Of a stretch of DNA of 64,000 nucleotides, positions 38,013-47,492 are shown in pieces. Position 1 is the first letter of the stretch. Each line of letters starts with the position of its first letter. Both the position numbers and the translations under genes were made by a program. This stretch comes from an uncultured Candidatus Saccharibacteria bacterium. GTDB taxonomy: Bacteria; Patescibacteriota; Minisyncoccia; Phycocordibacterales; PALSA-1337. The stretch lies in NCBI GenBank assembly GCA_964529025.1, contig CAZGUZ010000003.1, forward strand, positions 22,368 to 86,367. Direction: 5' to 3'. The notes under the pieces were generated by a model. The model made no database searches, had not been told where the DNA came from, and worked only from the letters and a program-made list of their open reading frames with translations.

Positions 38013-38789
38013 ATGAAAATTATCTCATGGAACGTTAATGGCTTGCGCGCAAACGCAAAGAAAGGTGGTTTTGATTGGATACTTGCGCAAAATGCTGACG
38101 TCTTCTGTTTTCAAGAAACAAAAGCTCATCCAGATCAGCTTCCAGAAAATGTTCGAAATCCGCAAGGCTACCATTCGTTTTTTGATCACTCCAAGGTTCG
38201 TAAGGGATATAGTGGTGTTGCAATATATAGCAAAGTAGAGCCAGATTCTGTTGATTATGGCATGGGTATTGAAGAGTTTGACCAAGAAGGTCGCATGCTC
38301 GCTGCTTTTTTTGGAAAAATAGTAGTAATTACAGCATATTTCCCTAATGGTGGCGGTGGCCAACATAGATTAGAGTATAAGCTTCGATTTTACGATGCTT
38401 TTTTACTGTATATTGATAAGCTCAAGAAAAAAGGCTATGGAATTGTGTTCTGTGGCGATGTTAATACTGCACATACAGAAATTGATTTGGCGCGACCAAA
38501 AGAGAATAAAGAGAATACCGGTTTCTTGCCAATTGAAAGAGAGTGGATCGATCAGGTTATTGACCATGGGTATGTGGATATTTTTAGAGAAAAGAATCCT
38601 CGAGCACTCGATGTGTATACATATTGGGATATGAAAACAGCTGCGCGTGAAAGAAATGTTGGTTGGAGAATCGATTATTTTTTCATTTCGCGTTCTTTAG
38701 TTGAGTCTGTAAAAAACGTTGTAATACATAGTGATATCTTTGGTTCTGACCACTGTCCTATTGCAATTGAAATAAAAAAAGTTGGTTAG
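38013..38789 (+). CDS. xth: Exodeoxyribonuclease III (AP endonuclease)
   Basis: MKIISWNVNGLRA, QETK, and a C-terminal SDHCP catalytic-His region. The start is set at the conserved MKIISWN ATG; the 39-codon upstream extension in the ORF track is non-homologous. Confidence 0.9.
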   Translation: MKIISWNVNGLRANAKKGGFDWILAQNADVFCFQETKAHPDQLPENVRNPQGYHSFFDHSKVRKGYSGVAIYSKVEPDSVDYGMGIEEFDQEGRMLAAFFGKIVVITAYFPNGGGGQHRLEYKLRFYDAFLLYIDKLKKKGYGIVFCGDVNTAHTEIDLARPKENKENTGFLPIEREWIDQVIDHGYVDIFREKNPRALDVYTYWDMKTAARERNVGWRIDYFFISRSLVESVKNVVIHSDIFGSDHCPIAIEIKKVG

Positions 38790-38846
38790 TTTTTACTAAA
38801 TAAAAGACATAACTTTTTTATATAAGACAAATGCATGAGTTATCCA

Positions 38847-38874
38847 CATTATGTCCTTTACATGTCTTTTATGC
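38847..38874 (+). promoter_or_regulatory. Strong sigma70-type promoter TTTACA-N16-TGcTATAAT (extended -10) preceded by a perfect DnaA box
   Basis: -35 at 38847-38852, extended -10 TGcTATAAT at 38866-38874, and the DnaA box TTATCCACA at 38830-38838. No CDS follows on this strand. Confidence 0.45.
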
Positions 38875-38880
38875 TTGCTA

Positions 38881-39196
38881 TAATGATTTCAGACCAAGGT
38901 AACACGAACCGAGAATGTGTAACCTTAAGGTGCGGAAAGTCATTGTTCTTTTATAAAACGAGGGGTAGTTTCTCATAAGTTAGTTAGGAACACCTTTCAA
39001 TTGGGTGCATTGCACCTTGCGTTCGCTTACAAGCATATTTTTTTAGGGAGTACGTCTCCCATTAGTTCTTAAAGCAACAGCAAGGGCCTCGCCACAAATG
39101 ATTGGGTGATTCCATCTCAAACCGCGTATTTCACGTGCAGCTCGACTTAACCTCGGCCGCAAATGAAAACGCGGTTTATTGTTGGTTGTTTTTTCA
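38881..39196 (+). ncRNA. Candidate structured non-coding RNA of about 315 nt, possibly RNase P RNA (rnpB); identity unproven
   Basis: Made from the promoter above. The 5' CAGACCAA can pair with the 3' TTGGTTG just before a T6 run (P1-like). An imperfect 10-bp hairpin (38886-38916) is immediately followed by A-GGAAAGUC (38924-38931, CR-I-like). GACUUAA at 39143-39149 could form a P4-like pairing with it. A GGUGCAUUGCACC hairpin is also present. Confidence 0.25.
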
Positions 39197-39255
39197 ATTA
39201 GCCGTATGTTTCATGACAAACAAAGAGCAAAAAAACCCTTATTCTAGGGCTTTTG

Positions 39256-40758
39256 CTAGGAAACGTGATATTTTGAACGTATTTTATCTATTTCTTGTTT
39301 TTCAACCTCCTCTTTTTTAGTTCTACCCCTATCTGCAAGTTCCTTAAGTTGCTCAGGTTTCATGTTTAACATCTCTTGTGAGCGTTTCATGAGAAACTCT
39401 TTTGTATTTAACTGAGGGTCTTCAATGACTTCTTCAAGCAAAGCATTAAGAATAAGGCCAATTGTGGGTCCTGCAGGTATATTAAGCTCTTTAATGAGTG
39501 TTGTGCCATCAATTTTAAGCATTCCTACGGTAACGGGGTCATGCAAGGCTTCCTCGATCATAGCCTTATATTTGCGAAGGCGATATGGGTCTTCCTTGGG
39601 TCTTCCCGTCCCTATTCGATCGCAAATGCGAAGATTCATAAGGTCCCAAATGTTTTCACGACCCACATTTACTATCATTCTGCGTACGGCTGATAGAGTG
39701 ATTGACTCTGTGTCTGTGAAAAACATGTGCCAGCGCACCAATTTTACTATCTTTTCAATAGTTTTCTTCGGATAATGCATCCTTTCAAGGATTCTCTGTG
39801 TTACACGTGAACCAACTACTTCATGGCCGTAAAACGTGTATGTGCCTGTTTCATGCGAAACACGACGGGTTTCAGGCTTTGAAATGTCGTGTAATAGAGC
39901 TGCTAAGCGAATATCGAGCGGCCAACCCTTACCTGCTGCACCTTCAAGACTATAAAGAAGGTGGTTATATACGTCATATTCATGCGTTCCGCGCTGTTCT
40001 ATGCCTATACCCTGCTCGAGTTCCGGTATGATATAACGCAAAATACCAAGCTTTTGACAGCGGATAATGCCTTCTCGCGGAGAGCTACTCATAAGAATCT
40101 TATTAAATTCATCACGAATGCGCTCTATAGCAATGTGTTTGAGTAATTCAGAATGCTCTAAAATGGCCTTTTCTGCTTCAGCGTTAATCGTGAAACCTAG
40201 TTCGGCAGCCAATCTCACGGCTCTAACCATGCGCAAAGCATCTTCTTTAAAACGGTCTTCGGGCTTCCCTACGGTACGTAATACTTTGTCCTTTATATCA
40301 TCTTGTCCTTTATAAAAGTCAATGATTTCGGTGATTTTTCCATCTTTTATGCCCATTGCTACAGCATTTACGGTAAAGTCTCGCCTTTCAATATCGTCAC
40401 TGAGTTTTGTGCTAAAACTTACACTGTCTGGCCTACGATAATCGCTATAGGTAGTTTCGGTGCGGTATGGAGTAACCTCAATGATCTTAAGTGTTTCATC
40501 TTGGGTATTTTCATCAACTACTCCAACTGTACCAAAGGTGTTTTCGTAGAATGTCTTTGGAAATAGAGAAATAATCTGTTCTGGCGTGGCATTTGTTGTA
40601 ATATCCCAGTCTTTTGGCTTTCTGCCGAGTATGAGGTCACGTGTACAGCCACCAATGAGATAAGCCTCATACCCTGCTCCAATAAGGATCTGGGCCGTAA
40701 TTGCAACTTCGCGAGGTATAGAGAATGCGTATTGATCAAGGTTCGCCGAGAGTTTCAT
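39256..40758 (-). CDS. cca: CCA-adding tRNA nucleotidyltransferase with HD domain
   Basis: PolyA-polymerase head GGCTRDLILGRKPKDWDITTNATPEQ, an HD motif LLHDISKP, and a start at the MKLSANLDQY ATG (40758). The longer ORF-track version runs antisense across two tRNA genes. Confidence 0.85.
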   Translation of the reverse strand: MKLSANLDQYAFSIPREVAITAQILIGAGYEAYLIGGCTRDLILGRKPKDWDITTNATPEQIISLFPKTFYENTFGTVGVVDENTQDETLKIIEVTPYRTETTYSDYRRPDSVSFSTKLSDDIERRDFTVNAVAMGIKDGKITEIIDFYKGQDDIKDKVLRTVGKPEDRFKEDALRMVRAVRLAAELGFTINAEAEKAILEHSELLKHIAIERIRDEFNKILMSSSPREGIIRCQKLGILRYIIPELEQGIGIEQRGTHEYDVYNHLLYSLEGAAGKGWPLDIRLAALLHDISKPETRRVSHETGTYTFYGHEVVGSRVTQRILERMHYPKKTIEKIVKLVRWHMFFTDTESITLSAVRRMIVNVGRENIWDLMNLRICDRIGTGRPKEDPYRLRKYKAMIEEALHDPVTVGMLKIDGTTLIKELNIPAGPTIGLILNALLEEVIEDPQLNTKEFLMKRSQEMLNMKPEQLKELADRGRTKKEEVEKQEIDKIRSKYHVS

Positions 40759-40825
40759 GTGTAAATTATAGAATAACTTTGGACTTTTACCTAGTTTTGG
40801 AGTAGTATACGTATGTTCGCAGTTT

Positions 40826-40897
40826 GCTCTCGTGGTGAAATGGATATCATACCGGTCTTCGGAACCGTTGTTGGGGGTTCGAATCCCTCCGGGAGCA
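40826..40897 (+). tRNA. tRNA-Arg (anticodon TCG), 72 nt, no encoded CCA
   Basis: Hand fold: acceptor GCUCUCG/CGGGAGC (one G-U), D-stem GUGA/UCAU with a GG loop, anticodon loop CU-UCG-GA, T-arm GGGGG-UUCGAAU-CCCUC. One mismatch at the top of the anticodon stem. Confidence 0.6.
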
Positions 40898-40976
40898 CAA
40901 GATGTATACATTACTTGGCTTTTTAGCAGAGTATTGTATACTCTTAAGCAAGTGAAAAGGTGTTCTGTTTGATAAT

Positions 40977-41047
40977 GCGGGTATGGTTTAGTGGTAGAAC
41001 ACGTCCTTGCCAAGGACGAGATGGGAGTTCGATTCTCCCTACCCGCA
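40977..41047 (+). tRNA. tRNA-Gly (anticodon GCC), 71 nt, no encoded CCA
   Basis: Perfect 7-bp acceptor GCGGGUA/UACCCGC, anticodon stem CGUCC/GGACG with loop UU-GCC-AA, and T-arm GGGAG-UUCGAUU-CUCCC. Confidence 0.75.
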
Positions 41048-41440
41048 CATACGACCCCTCGATAGTTACTATTGTTAGTGTGCTACATGGTGTGTAACGG
41101 TAATTTGTGCACGTTTAAGTTATACGACACTTGCGGTAAAGGCTAAAGACATATTGCACATTATCGACAAAAGCCTTTTATGGCCGAAGACTTTTACACA
41201 GTTATCCCCTTAAATTGTGGATAACTCAGGGGAAAAGTGTATATCTAAGTCAAAGACTTTGGCTTATACAGATCTTAAACGACAAAGTGTGGCTTATTTA
41301 CGTTGTTCGTTAAACATGTAACGTTTCACGTGAAAACAAATGACTGTATCTATTGAGCTCATTAAAGCGCCATAAAGTAATTAAAGAAAAATTGAAGATC
41401 ATTTCATCTTTTCTTAATGTAGGTTTGTCATGCTGTATGC

Positions 41441-41869
41441 ATGAATACAATTCAAAAACAGAATAAAAAATTAGATTCACGGGTATCTATTAAGAAAATT
41501 GGTCAAATTGGTGAGAATATAGCAACTCGCTTAATAAAAGAGCAGGGGTACACCATCCTTGATCGCAACTATCGTAAGAAGGTTGGTGAAATTGATATTA
41601 TTGCTGAAAAGAACGGAATAATCCTTTTCTTTGAAGTAAAGACTGCATATTTAAGGGAAGGGGAACCTAAGTCTTTTCAGTGGGTCTTTCTTGAAGAAAA
41701 GATAACACCTCGAAAACAAGGTAAAATTCGCAAGGTTGCAATGCACTATCTCAGCGAAAAGCGTATTGATGCATCAAAAATTTCAATGAGCGTAGGAACT
41801 ATTTGCATTGCAATTCGTAGGGATTTTGAGGTTTTTAGCTTCAAAATCTTAAAAGATGTTGTGGTATAA
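41441..41869 (+). CDS. YraN/UPF0102-family endonuclease-like protein
   Basis: GQIGENIATRLIKEQGYTILDRNYR...GEIDIIAEKNGIILFFEVKT matches the UPF0102 (Holliday-junction-resolvase-like) core. Confidence 0.7.
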   Translation: MNTIQKQNKKLDSRVSIKKIGQIGENIATRLIKEQGYTILDRNYRKKVGEIDIIAEKNGIILFFEVKTAYLREGEPKSFQWVFLEEKITPRKQGKIRKVAMHYLSEKRIDASKISMSVGTICIAIRRDFEVFSFKILKDVVV

Positions 41870-41897
41870 GGATATATATGGTACATTGGTCTCGTTA

Positions 41898-41973
41898 CGG
41901 AGCGTAGTGTAACGGCTAACATTCCTGTTTTGGGAACAGGCGACTCCGGGTTCGAATCCCGGCGCTCCGACCA
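41898..41973 (+). tRNA. tRNA-Pro (anticodon TGG), 76 nt with encoded CCA
   Basis: C1:G72 acceptor CGGAGCG/CGCUCCG (typical for tRNA-Pro), anticodon stem CCUGU/ACAGG with loop UU-UGG-GA (G37), T-arm CCGGG-UUCGAAU-CCCGG and a 3' ACCA. Confidence 0.8.
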
Positions 41974-41975
41974 TA

Positions 41976-42308
41976 ATGCAGACTAAAGGTTTTCAAAGAA
42001 ATGTTGAGGATTTTGAATGTGAGTATTGTCATACTCCAATAAAGGGTAATGGTTACACAAACCATTGTTCAATGTGTTTGTGGAGTAAGCATGTAGACAT
42101 CCAGCCTGGTGATAGAAAAGCCACCTGTGGCGGTTTAATGAAGCCTATACGCATTGAATTTAGAAATGGCGACTACTATATCACCCACGAGTGTCAAACG
42201 TGTCATTTTACGCGAAATAACAGGGTAGGGAACAATGACAATTTTGACAATGTGGTTAAAATAGCAAAAGATACTGCTGATAAATTGGTAAAAGAGGGTA
42301 GGATCTAG
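41976..42308 (+). CDS. Zinc-ribbon protein, probably an RNHCP-domain protein
   Basis: Four CxxC-type pairs (CEYCH, NHCSMC, ATCGG, CQTCH), with TNHCS matching the RNHCP motif; starts 2 nt after tRNA-Pro. Confidence 0.45.
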   Translation: MQTKGFQRNVEDFECEYCHTPIKGNGYTNHCSMCLWSKHVDIQPGDRKATCGGLMKPIRIEFRNGDYYITHECQTCHFTRNNRVGNNDNFDNVVKIAKDTADKLVKEGRI

Positions 42309-42350
42309 CCAATTTTTTCAGATATGCTATATTTTATGGTGTGAGTATTT

Positions 42351-42421
42351 GCGGGATTAGTTTAATGGTAAAACTACAGTTTTCCAAACTGTTGTCGGGA
42401 GTTCGATTCCCCCATCCCGCA
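42351..42421 (+). tRNA. tRNA-Gly (anticodon TCC), 71 nt, no encoded CCA
   Basis: Acceptor GCGGGAU/AUCCCGC, D-stem GUUU/AAAC, anticodon stem ACAGU/ACUGU with loop UU-UCC-AA, and T-arm GGGAG-UUCGAUU-CCCCC with one A-C mismatch. Confidence 0.7.
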
Positions 42422-42448
42422 CAAAGATTAAATGTTATTGTAAACAAG

Positions 42449-42476
42449 CAAAAAACCGCCATTTGGCGGTTTTTTG
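42449..42476. terminator. Bidirectional rho-independent terminator (ACCGCC-AUUU-GGCGGU with A5 and T6 flanks) between tRNA-Gly (+) and hup (-)
   Basis: Read directly from the sequence at 42455-42470, plus the T-run at 42471-42476. Confidence 0.6.
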
Positions 42477-42493
42477 TAGTTCAAACGCTCGTA

Positions 42494-42766
42494 TTATTTT
42501 ACAGCGTCCTTGAGAGCCTTAGCTGCTCGGAACTTAGGAACCTTCATAGCAGGAACCTTAATAGCTTCTCCTGTTCGAGGATTTCGAGCTTCTCGTGCTG
42601 CTCGTGTCTTTACTGAAAAGATACCAATACCAGCGATTGATACTTCTTCTCCTTTCTTAAGAGTTTCAACGATTGAGTTGATAACTGCTTCTACAGCCTG
42701 TTCTGCTTGCACCTTTGTGCTACCAAGAACCTGATGTACTGCATCTACAATTGCCTGCTTATTCAT
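42494..42766 (-). CDS. hup: Nucleoid protein HU
   Basis: 90 aa with HU arm motifs GIGIFSVKTRAAREARNPRTGEAIKVPA. Confidence 0.9.
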   Translation of the reverse strand: MNKQAIVDAVHQVLGSTKVQAEQAVEAVINSIVETLKKGEEVSIAGIGIFSVKTRAAREARNPRTGEAIKVPAMKVPKFRAAKALKDAVK

Positions 42767-42902
42767 ACTTTGTATGTGCGGCGCGTCTCCCGCATGCTAT
42801 TTGTAATGTCGCTCGCGACGCACGAGCCTACTTAACCTCTCGCGTGTAATTATAATATAGCTAGCGAGTAAAGCAATAGGGCTTTATTCAGCCACAAATC
42901 AT

Positions 42903-42948
42903 AAAACAAAATTGACCAACACTACAAATTTGTGTTGGTCAATTTTTC
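42903..42948. terminator. Bidirectional terminator hairpin TTGACCAACAC...GTGTTGGTCAA downstream of rny
   Basis: An 11-bp perfect stem with A-run and T-run flanks. Confidence 0.5.
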
Positions 42949-42968
42949 GGCTACTTTTTTAATTGCTA

Positions 42969-44498
42969 TTAACGAGCAAATTCAATTGCACGAGTTTCGC
43001 GAATCACATTCACTTTTATCTCTCCAGGGAACTTTAACTCTTTTTCTACTCGCAGAGCAATATTGCGTGCTAGATTTTTAGCTTCAATATCGGTAACAGT
43101 TTCTGGGGTAACAAAGATACGGATTTCGCGACCAGCTTGAAGCGCATATGCTTTTTCGACACCCTTGAATGAATTGGCAATGTTTTCAAGATCGGTAAGG
43201 CGCTTAATGTAGTTTTCTATACTATCGCGGCGAGCACCTGGGCGTGAACCTGAAATTGCATCGGCAGTCTGTACGATTCTTGATTCAACAGTTTCATAAG
43301 GATATTCCTCATGGTGTGCTTGCATTGCTTTAACAATATCTTCAGCAACACCAAATTTTTGCAGAATCTTGCGGCCAATTTCTACGTGAGTTCCTGTCAC
43401 TTCATGGTCGAGTGCTTTTCCAATATCGTGGAGCAGGGCACCAGTCTTTGCAACCATGACATTTGCACCGATTTCTGCTGCAATCATGCCAGCAATGTGA
43501 GCCATTTCAATAGAGTGTTGCAAAACATTTTGCCCATAACTTGTTCGAAAATGTAATCGGCCAAGAATGAGCACTAAGCGTGGATCAAGTCCTATAATAC
43601 CCGCTTCATATATAGCTTGTTCGCCCTTTTCTTTAATAATGCGATTGATGTCTTGAGTTGCTTTTTCAACAACCTTTTCAATCTTCGCTGGTTGTATGCG
43701 ACCATCTTTTACGAGCTCTTCGAGTGCTTCACGAGCAATTTGTCGACGAACTGGATCAAATGAAGAAATGGTTACAGCACCTGGCGTATCATCAACAAGA
43801 ACTTCGGTACCCGTTGCGCGTTCAAATGCTTTAATGTTACGACCTTCTTTGCCAATAATTTTGCCCTTAATATCGTCGTTAGGAATACTTACCACCGTCG
43901 ACATTAAGTCTTGAGCGACCGAATTTGCAAGGCGCTGAATCGAAACAGCTAGAATATCTTGCGCTTTGCGTTCGAGTCTGTCTTCACCTTCAATATCGAG
44001 CTTTTGCATGCGAACAAGCAAGTCATCGGCAGCATTCTTTTCTATGGTTTTAATGAGCTCAGCTCGAGCCTCAGCTTGCGAAAGGGAAGCGATCTTTTCG
44101 AGTGTTTGCGTTTGTTCAGCAATTAATTTTTGAGCAGACTCTTTGAGCTGTTTAACCTCTTCGATCTTTGCTTTTACCTGAGCTACTTCTGCATCAAGCC
44201 CTTTGCTTCGAGCTTCAAGAGCATCTTCTTTTTTGAGAAGGCGAGCTTCGGAATTTTTAAGGATCTCCTCTTTTTCACGGATTTCGGCACGGGCACTCTC
44301 GAGCACACTTCGAGCTTTCTCTTCGGCAGTTGCGGTGATGTTCTTTGCTTCTTCCTTTGCACCAAGAAGAAGTTCTTTAATTTCAAGCTCCACAGAACCC
44401 TTTTTTCCGAGGGAAATGATGTAGCGTAAAAAATAACCAAGAATTACACCAAGTATGCCTGAAAGCCCTAATAATAAGGCAATAAGTTTCAGTGACAT
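42969..44498 (-). CDS. rny: Ribonuclease Y
   Basis: N-terminal TM, a coiled coil, a KH domain (GKIIGKEGRNIKAFE) and an HD domain (LLHDIGKA); 509 aa. Confidence 0.9.
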   Translation of the reverse strand: MSLKLIALLLGLSGILGVILGYFLRYIISLGKKGSVELEIKELLLGAKEEAKNITATAEEKARSVLESARAEIREKEEILKNSEARLLKKEDALEARSKGLDAEVAQVKAKIEEVKQLKESAQKLIAEQTQTLEKIASLSQAEARAELIKTIEKNAADDLLVRMQKLDIEGEDRLERKAQDILAVSIQRLANSVAQDLMSTVVSIPNDDIKGKIIGKEGRNIKAFERATGTEVLVDDTPGAVTISSFDPVRRQIAREALEELVKDGRIQPAKIEKVVEKATQDINRIIKEKGEQAIYEAGIIGLDPRLVLILGRLHFRTSYGQNVLQHSIEMAHIAGMIAAEIGANVMVAKTGALLHDIGKALDHEVTGTHVEIGRKILQKFGVAEDIVKAMQAHHEEYPYETVESRIVQTADAISGSRPGARRDSIENYIKRLTDLENIANSFKGVEKAYALQAGREIRIFVTPETVTDIEAKNLARNIALRVEKELKFPGEIKVNVIRETRAIEFAR

Positions 44499-44659
44499 AT
44501 AATTGGTGCTTTTTCGTACTTTGTCGTGTTGGGAGTTGGCCTACAGTTTGTGTTTTGGATATTCAGACCGTCAGGAGGTAAGCCAGGATTACAGAATTAC
44601 AGAGTTAAGCAACGAAAAAAGCGTTTTTTCTAATGAATAACGCTTTTATCGTATAACAC

Positions 44660-45235
44660 TTATATGATTTTGTCTACAATTCCGTACTTTTTGGCATCTT
44701 CGGCTCCCATAAAGAAGTCTCGGTCGACATCCTTTTCAATCTGAGCTAGGCTCTGACCGGTATTTTTTGCCAAGATTTTATTAATTCGAGAACGAGTATT
44801 AATGATGTGCTTTGCAGTAATTTCAATATCAGAAGCCTGACCTTCGATTCCGCCGAGTGGCTGGTGAATCATTACCTCGGCATTTGGTAGGATAAAGCGT
44901 TTTCCTGGTGTTCCTGCTGATAAAATAACAGCTCCCATAGATGCAGCCATACCGACGCAGACTGTAGAAACATCGTTTTTAATGTGATTCATCGTGTCGA
45001 TGATGGCCAAACCTGCTGTAACTGAGCCACCTGGCGAGTTAACATAGAGTGAAATCTCTCGTTTTGGGTCTTCTGACTGCAAGAAAAGTAGCTGGGCTAT
45101 GATGATATTTGCTGTATGGTCATCAATCACTCCGCCCAAAAAGACCACGTTATCCTTAAGTAATCGTGAATAAATATCGAAAGCGCGCTCCCCTTGAGGC
45201 GATTTTTCAATAACTGTTGGTATAAGAATAGACAT
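44660..45235 (-). CDS. clpP: ATP-dependent Clp protease proteolytic subunit
   Basis: Catalytic Ser ([11 protein letters not shown]), His (MIHQPLGG) and Asp context; 191 aa. Confidence 0.95.
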   Translation of the reverse strand: MSILIPTVIEKSPQGERAFDIYSRLLKDNVVFLGGVIDDHTANIIIAQLLFLQSEDPKREISLYVNSPGGSVTAGLAIIDTMNHIKNDVSTVCVGMAASMGAVILSAGTPGKRFILPNAEVMIHQPLGGIEGQASDIEITAKHIINTRSRINKILAKNTGQSLAQIEKDVDRDFFMGAEDAKKYGIVDKII

Positions 45236-45288
45236 AGCTACATTATAGACACATTGTTGAAACAGTAAAGTCCTCGTATACTAAGAGC

Positions 45289-45996
45289 ATGCGTCTTCAC
45301 CGTTTCTATATTCCCGAACCTTTACCTCAAGCTCCTGTACTTGTTGTTAATTATCCTGAGCATTTACACCAATGGAAAAAAGTTTTTCGTTTTATTCCAG
45401 GGGATACCATCATTATTTTTGATGGATCGGGCTTTGAGTGTACAGCACAGTTCTCTTATTTAGATTCAAAAGAGGCTCGTTTAGTTCTTCAGGATAGACA
45501 AAGCCCTGACAGGGAAGCTGCGCGAGAAATCCATATGTATGTTGCAATAACCAAAAAAGATACTTTTGAGGTTATTGCTCAAAAGGCAACCGAGCTTGGA
45601 GTTGCACGAATAATTCCAGTCATTAGTGCGCGCTCAGAAAAGAAAGACATTAATATGTTGCGTTTTAAAAAGATCGTTATTGAAGCAACAGAACAATCTG
45701 GGCGAACAGTTGTTCCGCGAATTTATGAGCCAATTGAATTCGAGAAAATCTTTGATGGTATAACTGCTCCATGTATTGTTTGGGAGCCTCGGGGTGTGCC
45801 TTTCGTTGAGCAAAATGATGCTTCATTGTCACAAAAAGTACTATGTATGGCAATTGGCCCAGAAGGTGGCTGGACACCTGATGAGCTTGAAATGTTCCAA
45901 GAGAAAGGAGCGCTTGTGCGCTCCTCAGGAAAAACTGTATTGCGAACCGAAACGGCTGCAATTGCTTTTCTTTCTCTACTTATTCTCGCTCAATAG
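45289..45996 (+). CDS. rsmE: 16S rRNA (uracil1498-N3)-methyltransferase RsmE
   Basis: MRLHRFYIP N-terminus (PUA-like), and a SPOUT-knot C-terminus including GPEGGWT. Confidence 0.85.
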   Translation: MRLHRFYIPEPLPQAPVLVVNYPEHLHQWKKVFRFIPGDTIIIFDGSGFECTAQFSYLDSKEARLVLQDRQSPDREAAREIHMYVAITKKDTFEVIAQKATELGVARIIPVISARSEKKDINMLRFKKIVIEATEQSGRTVVPRIYEPIEFEKIFDGITAPCIVWEPRGVPFVEQNDASLSQKVLCMAIGPEGGWTPDELEMFQEKGALVRSSGKTVLRTETAAIAFLSLLILAQ

Positions 45997-47058
45997 TTCG
46001 AATACCTTTTCGTTAGTAAGATATGTTTCTGCAAAGATCCAAGCTCGTTCTTTGTCGGCGTCTTTATATGTTTTTGTGATTCGTTCTACATGCTCAGCAA
46101 TTGTTGCTTCAGGAATCTTAACTTTTTCTGCGTTAGCAATATTGTTAAGGATAATTTGTAGCTTTGCTTTTTTCTCGGCTGAAGGTTTCCAGTCTTTGCG
46201 CAAATCCTCGAGAGTTTTATTGATGTGCTCAAGATATTCATCCATTGTTGCACCAATGCGTGCAATATCATCTGTAAATTGCATTTCAATTCGTGATATT
46301 TCGCTTTCAACAAGAACCTCTGGAATATCGATGGTTGTTGCTTCAAGTAGAGCGTCAGCAATTTCAATGCGGCGCTTTTCCTCGGCCTTTTCTACTTTTT
46401 CTTTTGCAAGATTCTCTCGGAGCTTATCGGTAAAATCCTTTGTTGACTCGAATTTGCCAAGTGACTTTACGAATTCATCATTAAATTCTGGCATTGCACC
46501 ATCAATTGCTTTTTCGTGAGACTCTTGATTTTCATGACTATGATCCTCATCGCCATGCTCATGAACATGTGAGTGAGCAACTTCTCGTCGGAGTGAGTTA
46601 ATTACCTTTTCAACTTCTGCATCGGTAACTTCTTCTGGGGTAATTGGTTTTTCAGTAATAGCTTTAGCTATTTTCTTGTAGTCGGGAAGGGTGACCTCGG
46701 GAACAACAGCAGTTGTTATGGTAAATTCAAAGTCATTACCTTCGGCAAGCTTGGTAATTGTGATTTTTGGGCGGCCGAGAGCATCAATTTTTTCTGTAAT
46801 AAGAATTTCTGGATATGCTTTGCTCAAAGCAATTTCTGCCATTTCTTCAAGAATTGTTCCCATACCAATCTTTGAAATGAGCATTTTTTCAGGAACAGCA
46901 CCTTTTCGGAATCCAGGAATAGAAATTTCTTTGCCGATTGATGTGAGCGCTGCTTTTTTATAGGTATCAAAAATTGAAGCGGCAATTACTCCTTTAATTT
47001 CAACTTGTGAACCAGGAATTTTTGTCACTGTTGCTGTTGTGTATTGGCGTTGTGTCAT
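45976..47058 (-). CDS. tig: Trigger factor
   Basis: Ribosome-binding signature GFRKGAVP, no obvious PPIase domain, and a long C-terminal arm domain. The start is placed at the MTQRQY ATG; the ORF track's 24-aa longer version (to 47130) is non-conserved. Confidence 0.8.
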   Translation of the reverse strand: MTQRQYTTATVTKIPGSQVEIKGVIAASIFDTYKKAALTSIGKEISIPGFRKGAVPEKMLISKIGMGTILEEMAEIALSKAYPEILITEKIDALGRPKITITKLAEGNDFEFTITTAVVPEVTLPDYKKIAKAITEKPITPEEVTDAEVEKVINSLRREVAHSHVHEHGDEDHSHENQESHEKAIDGAMPEFNDEFVKSLGKFESTKDFTDKLRENLAKEKVEKAEEKRRIEIADALLEATTIDIPEVLVESEISRIEMQFTDDIARIGATMDEYLEHINKTLEDLRKDWKPSAEKKAKLQIILNNIANAEKVKIPEATIAEHVERITKTYKDADKERAWIFAETYLTNEKVFELLSENK

Positions 47059-47156
47059 ATTGTCGCAGTCTACAAGGACATGGCCAATATTGCAAGTTTT
47101 ATGCAACAAAAAAGCGCTTGAGAGCGCCATTCTGTTTTTTTTTGAAACTAACTTAG

Positions 47157-47474
47157 TTAGAAGTTGAGGTCTTCAAGCTCGTCTACTTGGATATCAAGAC
47201 CAGTTTCTTGTACTGCAGTTGTTTGTTCTGGAGATAGTTTTTCTTCAACAACTACAGATGCGGCTGGAGCCTCGGGTGTTACTTCTTCATCTGACACTTT
47301 CTGTGCCCAGATATAGAGAGCTGCAACGATGAGGAGGATGACAATAATGAGTGATCCTACAATTGGCCCGATTGATTCGTGAGAGTGCGTTGTTGTGCCA
47401 GCTGTATTTTCAAGAGGCTTTTGTGCAACAGGCTCTTGTTTTTGTACAGGTGGAATTGTTGTGTTTGGTTCCAT
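47157..47474 (-). CDS. Small single-TM protein, hypothetical
   Basis: 105 aa with a TM segment IVGSLIIVILLIVAALYIWA. Confidence 0.4.
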   Translation of the reverse strand: MEPNTTIPPVQKQEPVAQKPLENTAGTTTHSHESIGPIVGSLIIVILLIVAALYIWAQKVSDEEVTPEAPAASVVVEEKLSPEQTTAVQETGLDIQVDELEDLNF

Positions 47475-47492
47475 AATTTTAGAAAATTTTAT

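Noticed and set aside
38881-39255. Identification of the intergenic RNA as tmRNA, SRP RNA or a riboswitch
   Set aside because: There is no tRNA-like 3' end or tag-peptide frame (tmRNA), no GGAAGCAGC-type domain IV motif (SRP), and no downstream CDS for a riboswitch to control. It is kept only as an unclassified ncRNA with a possible rnpB resemblance.
40759-41013. An 85-codon N-terminal extension of the cca ORF (ORF track 39256..41013), including the peptide CAPGGIRTPNNG
   Set aside because: It runs antisense across tRNA-Arg and tRNA-Gly; GGIRTP is the reverse-complement translation of a T-arm. The conserved nucleotidyltransferase N-terminus begins at the internal MKLSANL ATG (40758).
45776-46519. 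247-aa plus-strand ORF
   Set aside because: It lies entirely antisense within trigger factor, has a low-complexity Ser/Leu-rich translation and shows no homology cues.
47059-47130. 24-codon N-terminal extension of tig
   Set aside because: The extension MALSSAFLLHKTCNIGHVLVDCDN is not conserved in trigger factor, and the canonical N-terminus begins at MTQRQY.
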